This document shows positions 9,161-22,878 of a DNA stretch of 54,070 nucleotides, in pieces. How positions within the stretch are numbered: position 1 is the first letter of the stretch; each line of letters begins with the position of its first letter. Location of the stretch: assembly GCA_030679975.1 (NCBI GenBank), contig JAUXSL010000022.1:1-54070 (forward strand), read 5' to 3'. Made by a program: the position numbers and the translations under genes. This DNA is from Actinomycetota bacterium. Lineage in GTDB: Bacteria > Actinomycetota > Aquicultoria > CAJVYJ01 > JAUVQD01. The notes beneath the pieces are model-generated. The model had not been told where the DNA came from. It worked only from the letters and a program-made list of their open reading frames with translations, and did no database searches.

Positions 9161-10345
9161 ATGAGTATTTTAGTGATGCCGAGATTGGGAGAGACCGTAA
9201 CCGAGGGGACCGTCATCCGCTGGTTGAAGCGGGAAGGCGAACCGATTGAAAAAGATGAAATGATCGTGGAGATATCCACTGATAAAGTGGACACCGAGAT
9301 CCCCGCGCCGGATTCGGGCATTGTGAACAAGATTATGGTCCCCGAGGGCGGCAAGGTCGCGGTCGGGACGGAACTGGCGCTGATCGACGGCCAAGCGGTT
9401 GCGGCGGTTGCGGCGCCGTCGGCGAGCGCGGTTCCAGAGCCCGAACATCCACCCGACACGGGCAAGTTCATTTCCCCTATAGTGCGCCGACTGGCGAAAG
9501 AAAAGAACGTGGACATTACCCAAATATCAGGGACCGGAGAAGGCGGTCGGGTAACGAAAAAGGATGTCCTGGGCTACCAGGCTGAGCCGGCAGTGCAGCC
9601 GGCGCCGGTGGCCGCCGAGCAAAAGCCGGCCGGCCGGGAGGAGATAGTGCCGCTTGGCCATATTCGTCAAGCGATTGCCGAACATATGATGCGTAGCTTG
9701 CGGACATCGGCGCATGTCACGGTTATCGTCGAGGTGGACATGGAAAAGGTCGTCAACCTCCGGCGGGCGCACAAGGAAGAGTTCGAGCGGCAGAATGGCT
9801 ACCATCTGACGTATCTGCCGTTTGTTTGCCGGGCGCTCGTGGAGGCGCTGGAAGAGTGGCCGGCGTTCAATGCCGTCTTAGATGGGGATAACCTTATCTT
9901 AAAGCACTACGTTAATTTAGGGATTGCCGTGACCATTCCGGACGGCCTGATAGTGCCGGTCATAAAAGGCGCCGAGGGGCTCAACATCTCAGGCCTGGCC
10001 GCGGCTATTCACGATCTGGCCGAGCGGTCCAGAAGCGAGAAGTTGCGTCCCGATGAAGTCCACGAAGGTACGTTCACTATAACCAACCCCGGATCTTTCG
10101 GCTCGATTATCCAGACGCCGATTATCAATCAACCGCAAGTGGCCATTCTGAGCTTGGAGGCGATCGTCGAGCGCCCCGTCGTGGTCGATTCAGCCATAGC
10201 TGTGCGCCACATGGTCAACCTCGGCCTTTCATACGATCATCGGGTCAACGACGGCGCGGGGGCAACACAATTCTTGACCGGCATCAAGCGCCGGCTTGAA
10301 TCGGGTGACTTCGGCGACGAGTTGTTGTCGCCGGTCGGCGGATGA
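9161..10345 (+). CDS. Dihydrolipoamide acyltransferase (E2)
   Basis: Has a lipoyl domain (EISTDKVDTEIPAP), a peripheral subunit-binding domain (SPIVRRLAKEKNVD) and a catalytic domain with DHRVNDG. Confidence 0.9.
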   Translation: MSILVMPRLGETVTEGTVIRWLKREGEPIEKDEMIVEISTDKVDTEIPAPDSGIVNKIMVPEGGKVAVGTELALIDGQAVAAVAAPSASAVPEPEHPPDTGKFISPIVRRLAKEKNVDITQISGTGEGGRVTKKDVLGYQAEPAVQPAPVAAEQKPAGREEIVPLGHIRQAIAEHMMRSLRTSAHVTVIVEVDMEKVVNLRRAHKEEFERQNGYHLTYLPFVCRALVEALEEWPAFNAVLDGDNLILKHYVNLGIAVTIPDGLIVPVIKGAEGLNISGLAAAIHDLAERSRSEKLRPDEVHEGTFTITNPGSFGSIIQTPIINQPQVAILSLEAIVERPVVVDSAIAVRHMVNLGLSYDHRVNDGAGATQFLTGIKRRLESGDFGDELLSPVGG

Positions 10346-11034
10346 AAGACCGGCCCGGCCGCTTTGCGTCCGGGCCTCTAGAGGTAAGACAGCTGGGCCT
10401 GCGGCGCTATGAAGAAACGCTCGAGTTGCAGCGCGCCCTGGTCGCGGCCCGGAAAGCCAATGAACTCCCCGACCAGCTCATATTGATGGAACACTATCCG
10501 GTCATCACCATAGGCAGCGGCGGCGGACCGGAACAATTAAACGTAGGGGAGGCAAGGCTCGCTCAGTTGGGGATAGAGTTTTTTAATGTCGATCGGGGCG
10601 GCGGCGCCGCTTATCACGGGCCGGGTCAGCTCGTGGCCTATCCTATCGTCGATCTGAGCGCCGGCAAGGACCTGCATGATTACTTGAGACGCTTGGAGGC
10701 CTCGGTTATCGCGACGCTGGCTGAGTTTGAGGTCATCGGGGCTCGCCGGCCGGGGCGGACAGGCGTCTGGTGCGGGGAGCGGAAAATCGCTTCCATCGGC
10801 ATCAGGGCCGAGCGGTGGGTGACCAGCCACGGACTGTCTATCAATATAAACAACGATTTGAGACCGTTTGACCTGATCAAGCAGTGCGGATTAGAAGGGG
10901 TTAAGGCGACCAGCGTCAAGCGAATAACCGGGCGGGAGCTTGACATGGCCTCGGTGGCCCGCGTCTTTGCCGGTCGGTTTGCGGCCGTGTTTTCAGATAA
11001 GGAGTCGATATGCCGGAGCGTCCCCGTTGGTTAA
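10342..11034 (+). CDS. lipB: Lipoyl(octanoyl) transferase
   Basis: 230 aa with DRGGGAAYHGPGQLVAYP and the KIASIG motif. 4-nt overlap with E2. Confidence 0.9.
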   Translation: MKDRPGRFASGPLEVRQLGLRRYEETLELQRALVAARKANELPDQLILMEHYPVITIGSGGGPEQLNVGEARLAQLGIEFFNVDRGGGAAYHGPGQLVAYPIVDLSAGKDLHDYLRRLEASVIATLAEFEVIGARRPGRTGVWCGERKIASIGIRAERWVTSHGLSININNDLRPFDLIKQCGLEGVKATSVKRITGRELDMASVARVFAGRFAAVFSDKESICRSVPVG

Positions 11035-11867
11035 AAGTAAAGGCAAGGACAAGTCCTGAATTCGAGCGGATATCCCAAGCCGTCAAGGCCGGGAATTTGT
11101 TGACGGTCTGCCAGGAATCCGGTTGCCCGAATATTTGGGAATGCTTCGCCCGCGGCGAAACGACCATAATGATATTGGGCCCGGTTTGTACGAGATCCTG
11201 CGGATATTGCCGGATCGGCCATGGCCGCCCCCCGGCCGCCGATCCAACGGAGCCCGTGCGCGTGGCCGAGGCGGTTGCCTCGCTTGAGCTAAGCAGCGTT
11301 GTCGTCACCTCGGTCACACGGGATGACCTCGATGACGGCGGCGCCCGATTCTTTGCCGCTACGGTGACCGCGATCAGGGAGATGGCTCCCGGCTGTCGCA
11401 TCGAAGTGTTGATTCCCGATCTCGGCGGCGACTGGCGAGCTTTAGAGGAAGTGGCGGCAGCGGGCCCGGACATCATCGGACACAATATTGAAACAGTGGC
11501 CCGCTTGTGGCCGAAATTGCGGCCAACGGCGGATTATCGTCTATCTTTAACTTTACTCAGGCGACTGGCGGCCGCCGGGCTGCCGGCTAAATCCGGGATG
11601 ATGGTCGGCTTGGGTGAAACCCGGGCGGAAATCAGGGAAACGCTGGACGAAATCGCCGCCGCCGGCGTCAAAACCATGACTCTAGGCCAGTACCTGGCGC
11701 CTTCCGAGCGCCATTGGCCGGTCGACCGTTATTACCGGCCGGCCGAATTTATGGGTTTGGCTAAATACGCGCAAAACGCGGGGCTGACACGTATTATCAG
11801 CGGCCCCCTCGTGCGCAGTTCCTACAGGGGCTTGACCCCTACTCCGATTTCGGCGGCAAAGTGTTGA
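11010..11867 (+). CDS. lipA: Lipoyl synthase (radical SAM)
   Basis: Has CQESGCPNIWEC and the radical-SAM cysteine cluster CTRSCGYC. Confidence 0.92.
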   Translation: MPERPRWLKVKARTSPEFERISQAVKAGNLLTVCQESGCPNIWECFARGETTIMILGPVCTRSCGYCRIGHGRPPAADPTEPVRVAEAVASLELSSVVVTSVTRDDLDDGGARFFAATVTAIREMAPGCRIEVLIPDLGGDWRALEEVAAAGPDIIGHNIETVARLWPKLRPTADYRLSLTLLRRLAAAGLPAKSGMMVGLGETRAEIRETLDEIAAAGVKTMTLGQYLAPSERHWPVDRYYRPAEFMGLAKYAQNAGLTRIISGPLVRSSYRGLTPTPISAAKC

Positions 11868-12282
11868 TCTCGATCCAATAGTGCGGGATATCTCTTAATT
11901 TCTTAAAGAGCTCGTCCGTTTTTATGGGCTTGGTGATATAGCTGTTTGAGCCCAGACCATAGCTTTGTTCGATATCCACATCGGCATCGGAGCTTGTCAA
12001 CATCACCACCGGGATGCGGCGATGGCGCTCGTCCCCTTTGATGCCGGCGAGTACCTCAAAACCATTTTTGTTCGGCAATTTTATATCAAGCAATATAAGG
12101 TCGGGAGTCGGGGCGCCCTCATGGGGCGTCTTTTTGTTAATAAAATCAATCGCTTGAACCCCATCCTTGACCACATGGACCGTCAGGTTCGCGGCGTCCG
12201 AAAATCTTTCCAGCGCCTTTTTGGTTAGAAAAATGTGATCGTCGTTATCCTCTACCAACAATACATCAACAGCCTGACTCAT
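11839..12282 (-). CDS. Single-domain response regulator (receiver only)
   Basis: 147 aa, CheY-like, with VLLVEDNDDH and LILLDIKLP containing the phospho-acceptor Asp. Confidence 0.85.
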   Translation of the reverse strand: MSQAVDVLLVEDNDDHIFLTKKALERFSDAANLTVHVVKDGVQAIDFINKKTPHEGAPTPDLILLDIKLPNKNGFEVLAGIKGDERHRRIPVVMLTSSDADVDIEQSYGLGSNSYITKPIKTDELFKKLRDIPHYWIEINTLPPKSE

Positions 12283-13829
12283 ACTTGTACCTCCACATTT
12301 GCTTTACCGCTGACATTAAGTTTGCTTGAGATCTCAAAATAAAACGTCGAACCTTTGCCCAATTTTGACTCAACTCCCGCCTCACCGCCATGGCTTTCCG
12401 CTATTTTCTTGACAATCGCGAGCCCGATTCCGGTCCCGTTGGCATTCTTCTCATGCGAATCGGTCAAGCGCTCAAACATCTCAAAGACCTTGGCTTGGAA
12501 AGACGGATCGATGCCGATACCATTATCTTTAACGTGCCAGCGCCAGGCCCCGTCGACTTCCTTCACGAATATTTCAATCTTGATCGGAACCCCGGGGTTG
12601 CTATAGTGCAAGGCATTGTCAACCAAGTTGGTTAGCGCTTGCCTAATACGAATAGGTTCGCCGGCCACCGTCGGCCAATCTCCCAGAACTAGAATTTCCG
12701 CGTTTTTTGCCTCTATCTGCAGGTGGAGATCGTCAATCACTTGCTGGACGATCTGCCGGGTGGAGACAGATGTAAACTGCTTGACCGTTTGTCCGGCCCG
12801 TGACAGCTCCAGCAGTTGCCGGATGAGTGTCTGCATGTGCTCGCTGTTTGCCTTGACCCGGCCCAGATAGAAACCGGCTTTAGTAGACAATGTCGAGCTG
12901 AATTCATCGGCAAACATCGTCAGGAACCCTTGAATGGCGATGAGCGGAGCTTTCAAATCGTGGGAGACGGAATAGATAAAGCTCTCCATCTCCTTGTTTT
13001 TCTTTTCGAGGTCGTAACTGTAGCTTTCAAGCAAGGACTTGGTCTTTAGAAGCTGCCCGATCTGGCCCATAATTTGAATGTCTTTTCGATGCAGTTCGGA
13101 ACTCATCTCATTAAAAGCGGCGGCCAGGGCGCCGATCTCATCGGTCCGGTCCAGGTCGATGTGGTGACCGAGTTGGCCCTGGGCGATCCTTTGGGTCGCG
13201 GTCAAGAGATCGGCCAGAGGTTTTCTTAAGGTTTTGCTTAAGTATATGGCCATGACAGCCGCCAGGCCTAAGACCAGCCCCGCGAATAAAAGGTTGCCAA
13301 AGAGCGTCAGATTGGTTTCTCGCAGAGCATTTCTCTCAACCACGCCGGTCGCCAAGCTGTTTGCTTCAGTATAACCGTCGATCAACGATTCAAGACGCGA
13401 AATATCTTGCGGGGCGTGATTATCTGTCGCCTTCACGGAGCTATTGGCTCTCACAACAAACCAGTTTTGCCTGACTTTACTGTTTGCCCGGCCGATGCTA
13501 GCCAGCACTGGGTATGATGACTTGTTTTCTTGCGTTCGGCGAAGAGTGTCGAGGACTTGAGAAAATTGCTTGTCGGCGCGGTCCCAGGCACGAGCATAGT
13601 TTTGACTTCTTATGTTTAGATAAAACGTCTCGGCCTTGCGTCGTTGTTCCACTGCTTCGTGCAGGTCAAGCGCAAGTTTGACCTGCCTCTTGTTATCTAG
13701 AGATTTTTCCTGCATTTGCTGGAGGGAACCGCGTATCCGATATATGCCGCCGACCCCCAAGATGCCGGCCAGCAGCGCTAAGAGCAAATACGCCAGTATC
13801 ATCCGGGTTGTGTAGTTCGGCACCTTCAT
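12279..13829 (-). CDS. Sensor histidine kinase (TM-sensor-TM, HAMP, HisKA, HATPase_c)
   Basis: Has the H-box SHDLKAPL, the N-box LVDNALHY, and G-boxes DNGIGI and GTGIGLAIV. Two TM segments. Confidence 0.9.
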   Translation of the reverse strand: MKVPNYTTRMILAYLLLALLAGILGVGGIYRIRGSLQQMQEKSLDNKRQVKLALDLHEAVEQRRKAETFYLNIRSQNYARAWDRADKQFSQVLDTLRRTQENKSSYPVLASIGRANSKVRQNWFVVRANSSVKATDNHAPQDISRLESLIDGYTEANSLATGVVERNALRETNLTLFGNLLFAGLVLGLAAVMAIYLSKTLRKPLADLLTATQRIAQGQLGHHIDLDRTDEIGALAAAFNEMSSELHRKDIQIMGQIGQLLKTKSLLESYSYDLEKKNKEMESFIYSVSHDLKAPLIAIQGFLTMFADEFSSTLSTKAGFYLGRVKANSEHMQTLIRQLLELSRAGQTVKQFTSVSTRQIVQQVIDDLHLQIEAKNAEILVLGDWPTVAGEPIRIRQALTNLVDNALHYSNPGVPIKIEIFVKEVDGAWRWHVKDNGIGIDPSFQAKVFEMFERLTDSHEKNANGTGIGLAIVKKIAESHGGEAGVESKLGKGSTFYFEISSKLNVSGKANVEVQV

Positions 13830-15415
13830 GCGGGCTCAGTTAATTTAACGACAAAATACGCCACGTCATCACGCAGTTTACCGGCGCTGAACTGAATCAC
13901 ATGGCTGAAGATGCCGTCCGCTATCTCTTCAACATTTTTGTCGGCCAGGCCACCAAAAAGTTTTTCAAGATTAGCCTGGCCGAACAGCTCGCCGGTGCGA
14001 AGACCGGTCTTGCGGCAATCGGTCAAACCGTCGGTATAGACAAGCAAGGTATCGCCCGGCTCAAAAGTAATTGAGCTGGTCGCATAGGTAACCTTGTCAT
14101 GCCAGGCGCCGACCGGCATGTGGACCTCGGTTAGGTCTTTGATCCGCTTGTCGCGGGCGGAGAACCAGAGCGCCGGGGGATGTCCGGCGGAACAATAGGA
14201 TATGGTTCGCGTGGCTGAGTCGATCAAGCCGTAAAAGATCGTAACGAAATGGTCCGTGTGCATGTAAGCGCAGAACGCATTGTGAGTGCGGGAGAGGACG
14301 GCGGCCGGATCGGGATCGTCAAGAGCGTAGCTTCTTAACGTGTGCTTGACCATCGCTGTTTGCGCCGCCGCACTGATGCCTTTTCCGGAAACGTCGGCCA
14401 CGACTATGGCGCGCCGGTTGCCGGAGACGGGGAACATATCGTAAAAATCGCCGCCGAGCAGGGATTCCTCCATGCTCGCTTTGTAGCGGTGGGCGACCTC
14501 CCAGTCCTCAAAACGACTGGCGATATCGGGAAAATGGCTGCGTTGGAGTGTTTCGGCGATATGGTGCTCCTTATAATAAAGCTTTAGGTTCTGCAGAGCG
14601 ATAGTGGACAGCTTGACGAGGTGTGAGGTGAGCTTTTCGTTGCCGTTGTTGAAATGGCTCACGTTGTGGCTGTACAAGTTCAGGACGCCCTTGGTGGTCT
14701 CATCGACGATAAAAGGTACCGACATCGCTGAACGGATGCCTTCATTGTCCGCTAAGTCTTTAAAAAGATAGCTTGGCTCGTCGGCGACATTGTGCATGAA
14801 GACGGCACGGGATTCGGCGGCGGCCCGGCCTTCGAGACTTTCTCCGAGTCGGGGTTGGACTTGATTTAAATAGTTGTGGCTTAAGCCCCGGTGGGCTTTG
14901 GTCTCAAGATGGCCTTTGTCCTCGTTATACAGCATGAGAGAGGAAGCATGAACGTCCATCAGATCGGCGCTGGCCGAAAGTATCTGCTCATAGACTTTTT
15001 CGGCGCTGAAGGCGGGTCTACCCAGTTTACCGTCGTGCCGTTTGGTTCGCTGAACTCGAAGCGCCACTTTCGGCAGAAGGGAAAAATAGTTGTGGTTCTT
15101 AATGATATAGTCGGCGGCGCCTTCCCTAAAGGTGGCAACCGCCAACTCTTCTGACCCTTGGCCTGTAGTGATGACAATCGGTATCGAAGGTAAGAGGTTG
15201 TGGATATTCTTCATCAGACTGAGGCCGTCTGTATCGGGGAGGTGGTGATCGACGAAGACGATATCAAAGTTTTCCGCAAGCACATACGCTAAGGCCTCGG
15301 CGCCGGTTTTGGCAACGACCAAAGAGAACTGGTCTCCTTGGCTCTCAAAAGCGCGTTGGCTAAGGAAACTATGGTCAGTATTATCTTCGACAAGCAAGAT
15401 TTTAATTTGCCTCAT
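13826..15415 (-). CDS. Response regulator with receiver, GAF and PP2C (SpoIIE/RsbU-type) phosphatase domains
   Basis: Has an N-terminal REC domain (ILLVEDNTDH, FVDHHLPD), a central GAF-like region, and a C-terminal PP2C domain (GGDFYD...VADVSGKG...YTDGL). Confidence 0.85.
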   Translation of the reverse strand: MRQIKILLVEDNTDHSFLSQRAFESQGDQFSLVVAKTGAEALAYVLAENFDIVFVDHHLPDTDGLSLMKNIHNLLPSIPIVITTGQGSEELAVATFREGAADYIIKNHNYFSLLPKVALRVQRTKRHDGKLGRPAFSAEKVYEQILSASADLMDVHASSLMLYNEDKGHLETKAHRGLSHNYLNQVQPRLGESLEGRAAAESRAVFMHNVADEPSYLFKDLADNEGIRSAMSVPFIVDETTKGVLNLYSHNVSHFNNGNEKLTSHLVKLSTIALQNLKLYYKEHHIAETLQRSHFPDIASRFEDWEVAHRYKASMEESLLGGDFYDMFPVSGNRRAIVVADVSGKGISAAAQTAMVKHTLRSYALDDPDPAAVLSRTHNAFCAYMHTDHFVTIFYGLIDSATRTISYCSAGHPPALWFSARDKRIKDLTEVHMPVGAWHDKVTYATSSITFEPGDTLLVYTDGLTDCRKTGLRTGELFGQANLEKLFGGLADKNVEEIADGIFSHVIQFSAGKLRDDVAYFVVKLTEPA

Positions 15416-15490
15416 AATATTGAAAGTACATTCGGAGGCAGCCTCAACATCTCCCGCAAAAAGAATTTTATTATAACAGAAGGCCCTTAC

Positions 15491-18625
<3,135 letters not shown>

Positions 18626-19384
18626 ATGTCTGAACCGGAAGGAGCTTTAGGCCCGCGCGATAGCGAGAACCTAAATAGCGGGGGAGTTGACGGCGATGTC
18701 CCCTGGAGTGTCGGCGATGCCTTGACGGGCGTGGTATTGCTTTGGCCGGTGTCGTTGCTTGTCGGTCTATTGATTTTTCTGCTCGGGCTTATCGTCTGCA
18801 GATTAGCGGGCGCCGCCGTCCCGGCGGTGTTGAAGATCGTGGCGCTGGGCGGCGCAACTTTTATAGCGGGGATCACCTTGGCTTGGTGGCTGGGGATAAA
18901 AAGACGGGGCGGTTCGTTTGCCGACTTAGGTCTCACTAACATGCATCCATGGTTCGATATCCCCATCGCCTTGCTCGGCGAGATCGTCATCTTCATCGGG
19001 CTGGCGACCTATGGGTTCGTTCTGTTCAGGCTGGCCGGTCAAAAGGTGCCGGAGCAGCCGGTCATCGAGCTATTTGGCCGCACTAAGTCCGGTTTTGCCT
19101 TGGCGGTTATCTTTGTCGCCGTCCTGGCGCCGATAGGTGAGGAAGTTTTCTTTCGCGGCTTCGTTTACTCCGCGTTCAAGCGGCAGTGGGGGGCCGGGAC
19201 CGCGATAATCGCCAGCTCGTTAGTTTTTGCCCTCTTCCACATAGAGCCATTATTATATGTGCCGATGTTCCTAATAGGGGCGATCTTGGCGACGCTTTTT
19301 GAGTACCGCGGCTCGCTGGCGCCGAACATCGCTTTGCACGCGCTCAATAATTTGTTGGCGCTGCTGGTCTTATATCACAGATAG
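18626..19384 (+). CDS. CPBP family intramembrane glutamic endopeptidase (CAAX protease-like)
   Basis: Has the motifs EEVFFRGF, FALFH and HALNN in a polytopic membrane protein. Confidence 0.85.
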   Translation: MSEPEGALGPRDSENLNSGGVDGDVPWSVGDALTGVVLLWPVSLLVGLLIFLLGLIVCRLAGAAVPAVLKIVALGGATFIAGITLAWWLGIKRRGGSFADLGLTNMHPWFDIPIALLGEIVIFIGLATYGFVLFRLAGQKVPEQPVIELFGRTKSGFALAVIFVAVLAPIGEEVFFRGFVYSAFKRQWGAGTAIIASSLVFALFHIEPLLYVPMFLIGAILATLFEYRGSLAPNIALHALNNLLALLVLYHR

Positions 19385-20065
19385 TCACGGATGTTCTTCC
19401 ACCCAAAAATCGCCTTCCGGGGTGATCTCTTTCTTCCAAATAGGCGTAATCTGTTTTAGCTCGTCAATGCACCAACGGCAGGCGGCGAAAGCCTCTTGGC
19501 GGTGCTCGGCGCCGACGACGACGAGCACAATGTTCTCGCCGATATCGATTGCGCCGAACCTATGAATGACGGCCGCTTCCAGGATGTCGAATTTATCGAG
19601 CGCCCGGGCGCGGATCAGCTCGAGCTGTTTCTCGGCCATGTCCGGATAATGTTCAAAGTCGAGGCGGGCGACGGTCCGGCCGCGGGAGAGATCGCGCGCC
19701 GTGCCCAGGAAGACCGCTATGCCGCCCGTGCGGCTCGAAGATGACTTTACTCTGGCGATCTCGGCGTCAACGGAAAAATCCTCACGCTGGATGCGCACGA
19801 GTCCGGAACCTCCCGACATGGGCGGGATAAACGCCACCTCATCGCCATCTTTAAGCGGGGTATCGATGTCCGAGAAATCATGGTTTACGGCGATCATGGC
19901 TTTGGAATCCTGTATGGTTTTCGATATTTCCGGAAATCGGTCTCCAAGGCAGTCGATGAGTTCGCGAACGGTGGTCGCCGAAGCCGCGTCGACGGTTACC
20001 TCGTTAGTCCCGATTGTCTGTCTTAACATGGCAAAGAATTTAACTGTGATCATATGTCGTAGCAT
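19385..20065 (-). CDS. Fused molybdopterin synthase MoaD-MoaE
   Basis: The N-terminal ~85 aa are a MoaD-like beta-grasp ending PPMSGG. They are followed directly by a MoaE domain. An alternative start lies at 20053. Confidence 0.85.
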   Translation of the reverse strand: MLRHMITVKFFAMLRQTIGTNEVTVDAASATTVRELIDCLGDRFPEISKTIQDSKAMIAVNHDFSDIDTPLKDGDEVAFIPPMSGGSGLVRIQREDFSVDAEIARVKSSSSRTGGIAVFLGTARDLSRGRTVARLDFEHYPDMAEKQLELIRARALDKFDILEAAVIHRFGAIDIGENIVLVVVGAEHRQEAFAACRWCIDELKQITPIWKKEITPEGDFWVEEHP

Positions 20066-20125
20066 AAAAGACGAGGCGACTGCTGTAAAGCGAGTGGGCG
20101 GCTGCCGGGGGCAAAACTAGATCAT

Positions 20126-20148
20126 CCGCTTGACATTGGGCGTTCATC
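20126..20148 (+). other. Possible attC right-half remnant (L'-R') at the left edge of the array
   Basis: ccgcttgacattgggcgttcatc resembles the 3' halves of the other sites, for example ccgctgaacgtgggcgttatgc at 24679-24700. No matching left half is present. Confidence 0.35.
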
Positions 20149-20391
20149 AATCGAAGAATAATTCTGCGTCATTATTATGGTTCTTCCGCATAATAATAAT
20201 TATTGAACATTATCAGCACTCAAAGAGCTCAACTCGAGTTGGCCCCATTTACATTGCCCATTTGGCGTCTAATTGCCTAAAATGCGATAAAATATAGAAG
20301 AAAGATAAAAGACACTGTTATGCTAAAAGAAAAGGCAACATAAAGCGCCGTCAAGGTAAAGGTTGACTCAAATAAAAGGAGGCACGATCTG

Positions 20392-20577
20392 ATGGAGCAG
20401 TTGCGCGTAAGTATTTCGCTGGATAGAGCAATGCTTGGCAAGGTTGGCGGATATTACTTGTATCGCAGTCAAGAAGAGCAGAGCGGCAGACCGATAATCG
20501 ATGGCGTGTATGTCCAGCGCGAGACAATTGGCGATGTCCCTCCTGCGACCATGACTCTTTTGCTGGAGTGGGAGTAA
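20392..20577 (+). CDS. Small hypothetical protein (61 aa)
   Basis: Strong RBS AAAGGAGG at 20375-20382, 9 nt upstream of the ATG. I recognise no family. Confidence 0.45.
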   Translation: MEQLRVSISLDRAMLGKVGGYYLYRSQEEQSGRPIIDGVYVQRETIGDVPPATMTLLLEWE

Positions 20578-20673
20578 AATAAACTCCTGCAAAGCGTTCT
20601 GCTCGTATACCGGGTTGCTGGCAAAAGCTCATGAGCCACGTCAACTGTGCATATTCATTGGGAAGGGATCGCT

Positions 20674-21306
20674 ATGGGAATATTTTCCAAACTATTCGGG
20701 TCATCATCAGCTATTGAGCAAGAATTAAGAGTAACTTACATACCGATAATTCAGAGGATGATGGCGGGCGAGGTGTCAGCATCAGAAGCGGAAAGCATGT
20801 TCAATGATTTGCTTAGGGACATCAAGAATGAGTCTCTGAGCGAAGGCACCTCCAACTTACCGGCTAATTACGGCGATGTCCTATTGCAAAAAGAAGTCAA
20901 TGATGAGGAAACTCGCTTGATATTATCAAAGAAGCGAACTGAAGGCGTAAGAGATGAAGATATTAGATCCTGGTGGAACATGCATGATCTTGAAAGACGA
21001 ATGGCTATCAAGGTTGATGATTTCTATAGGATGTGTTTCGGGATCGAGGAGTTTAAGCAATCGACCGGAGATTTGGACGAAATAGCCGCGCGCATTAGAA
21101 AAATCTTCCCGATTTACGGAGACCCCGATGATACGTCCAACACCACGGGGGCCGACACACCACTGCCTTATGAATTGAAGGATAGAATAAACAAATACAT
21201 CGAAAAAACTATGCAAACGAACGCTGAAAAAAGTAAGAAAGAGATCAAGGCGTCATCAACTTATAATGCTTTTGTCAGAAAAGAGATCGCAAAGGGCAAC
21301 ATTTAG
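20674..21306 (+). CDS. Hypothetical cassette protein (210 aa), no recognisable domain
   Basis: Long ORF in an AT-rich context with RBS GGAAGGG 6 nt upstream of the ATG at 20674. It is followed by attC site 1. Confidence 0.6.
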   Translation: MGIFSKLFGSSSAIEQELRVTYIPIIQRMMAGEVSASEAESMFNDLLRDIKNESLSEGTSNLPANYGDVLLQKEVNDEETRLILSKKRTEGVRDEDIRSWWNMHDLERRMAIKVDDFYRMCFGIEEFKQSTGDLDEIAARIRKIFPIYGDPDDTSNTTGADTPLPYELKDRINKYIEKTMQTNAEKSKKEIKASSTYNAFVRKEIAKGNI

Positions 21307-21388
21307 GGCCATTCTGGCAAAATCGCCACTTCTTTGCCTGCCAAGGAAAGGCGTATTTAGATCTGGCTCTTAGAAATGGAAGGGCCTA

Positions 21389-21451
21389 GCATAACAATAA
21401 AATCCAGCGGATGCTTAAACGCGGCAAAAGCAGCCGCATTTAACCACCGCT
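21389..21451 (+). other. attC site 1, left part (R'' GCATAAC, L'' CCAGCGG, central stem), interrupted by an IS
   Basis: gcataacaataaaatccagcggatgcttaaacgcggcaaaagcagccgcatttaaccaccgct. The continuation gctgatttaaagcgttatct lies at 22657-22676. Confidence 0.8.
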
Positions 21452-22656
<1,205 letters not shown>

Positions 22657-22659
<3 letters not shown>

Positions 22660-22676
22660 GATTTAAAGCGTTATCT
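22657..22676 (+). other. attC site 1, right part (L' GCTGA, R' GTTATCT)
   Basis: gctgatttaaagcgttatct completes the site split at 21451. Compare the intact ccgctgatttaagacgttaggc at 23551-23572. Confidence 0.75.
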
Positions 22677-22878
22677 CAATAAATTTACAGTCGGACGAAA
22701 AGGGCAAGCGCCCGCTCAGTCATGGACGCGGTCGCTAAAATTTAAAGGCATAAGGGCTCGGTGGCCAATTAATAAAGGCTCGTTTCCAATCTAGTTACTC
22801 GGCATCACCTGCTAGTCCGCGCCAGACAGACATGCAATCGTTGCCCTTTTAACCAAGCGTTGTAAAATGAAGGGCGAG

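Noticed and set aside
7193-11867. The 2-oxoacid dehydrogenase operon with lipB-lipA as a novel system.
   Set aside because: All components are canonical. Only the substrate (pyruvate, branched-chain or acetoin) cannot be assigned from sequence. The co-location of lipoylation genes is tidy but not unusual.
20556-20603. An imperfect hairpin (cttttgctggagt..actcctgcaaag) followed by gcgttctgc as an extra attC between the 61-aa and 210-aa ORFs.
   Set aside because: It is too short, has no R''/L'' boxes, and lies partly inside the ORF. It cannot be told apart from a simple hairpin by eye.
20351-20644. Minus-strand ORFs of 97 and 74 aa opposite the small RBS-preceded ORF.
   Set aside because: They have no RBS and Cys/Arg-rich, low-complexity translations. 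The plus-strand ORF has a near-perfect Shine-Dalgarno sequence.
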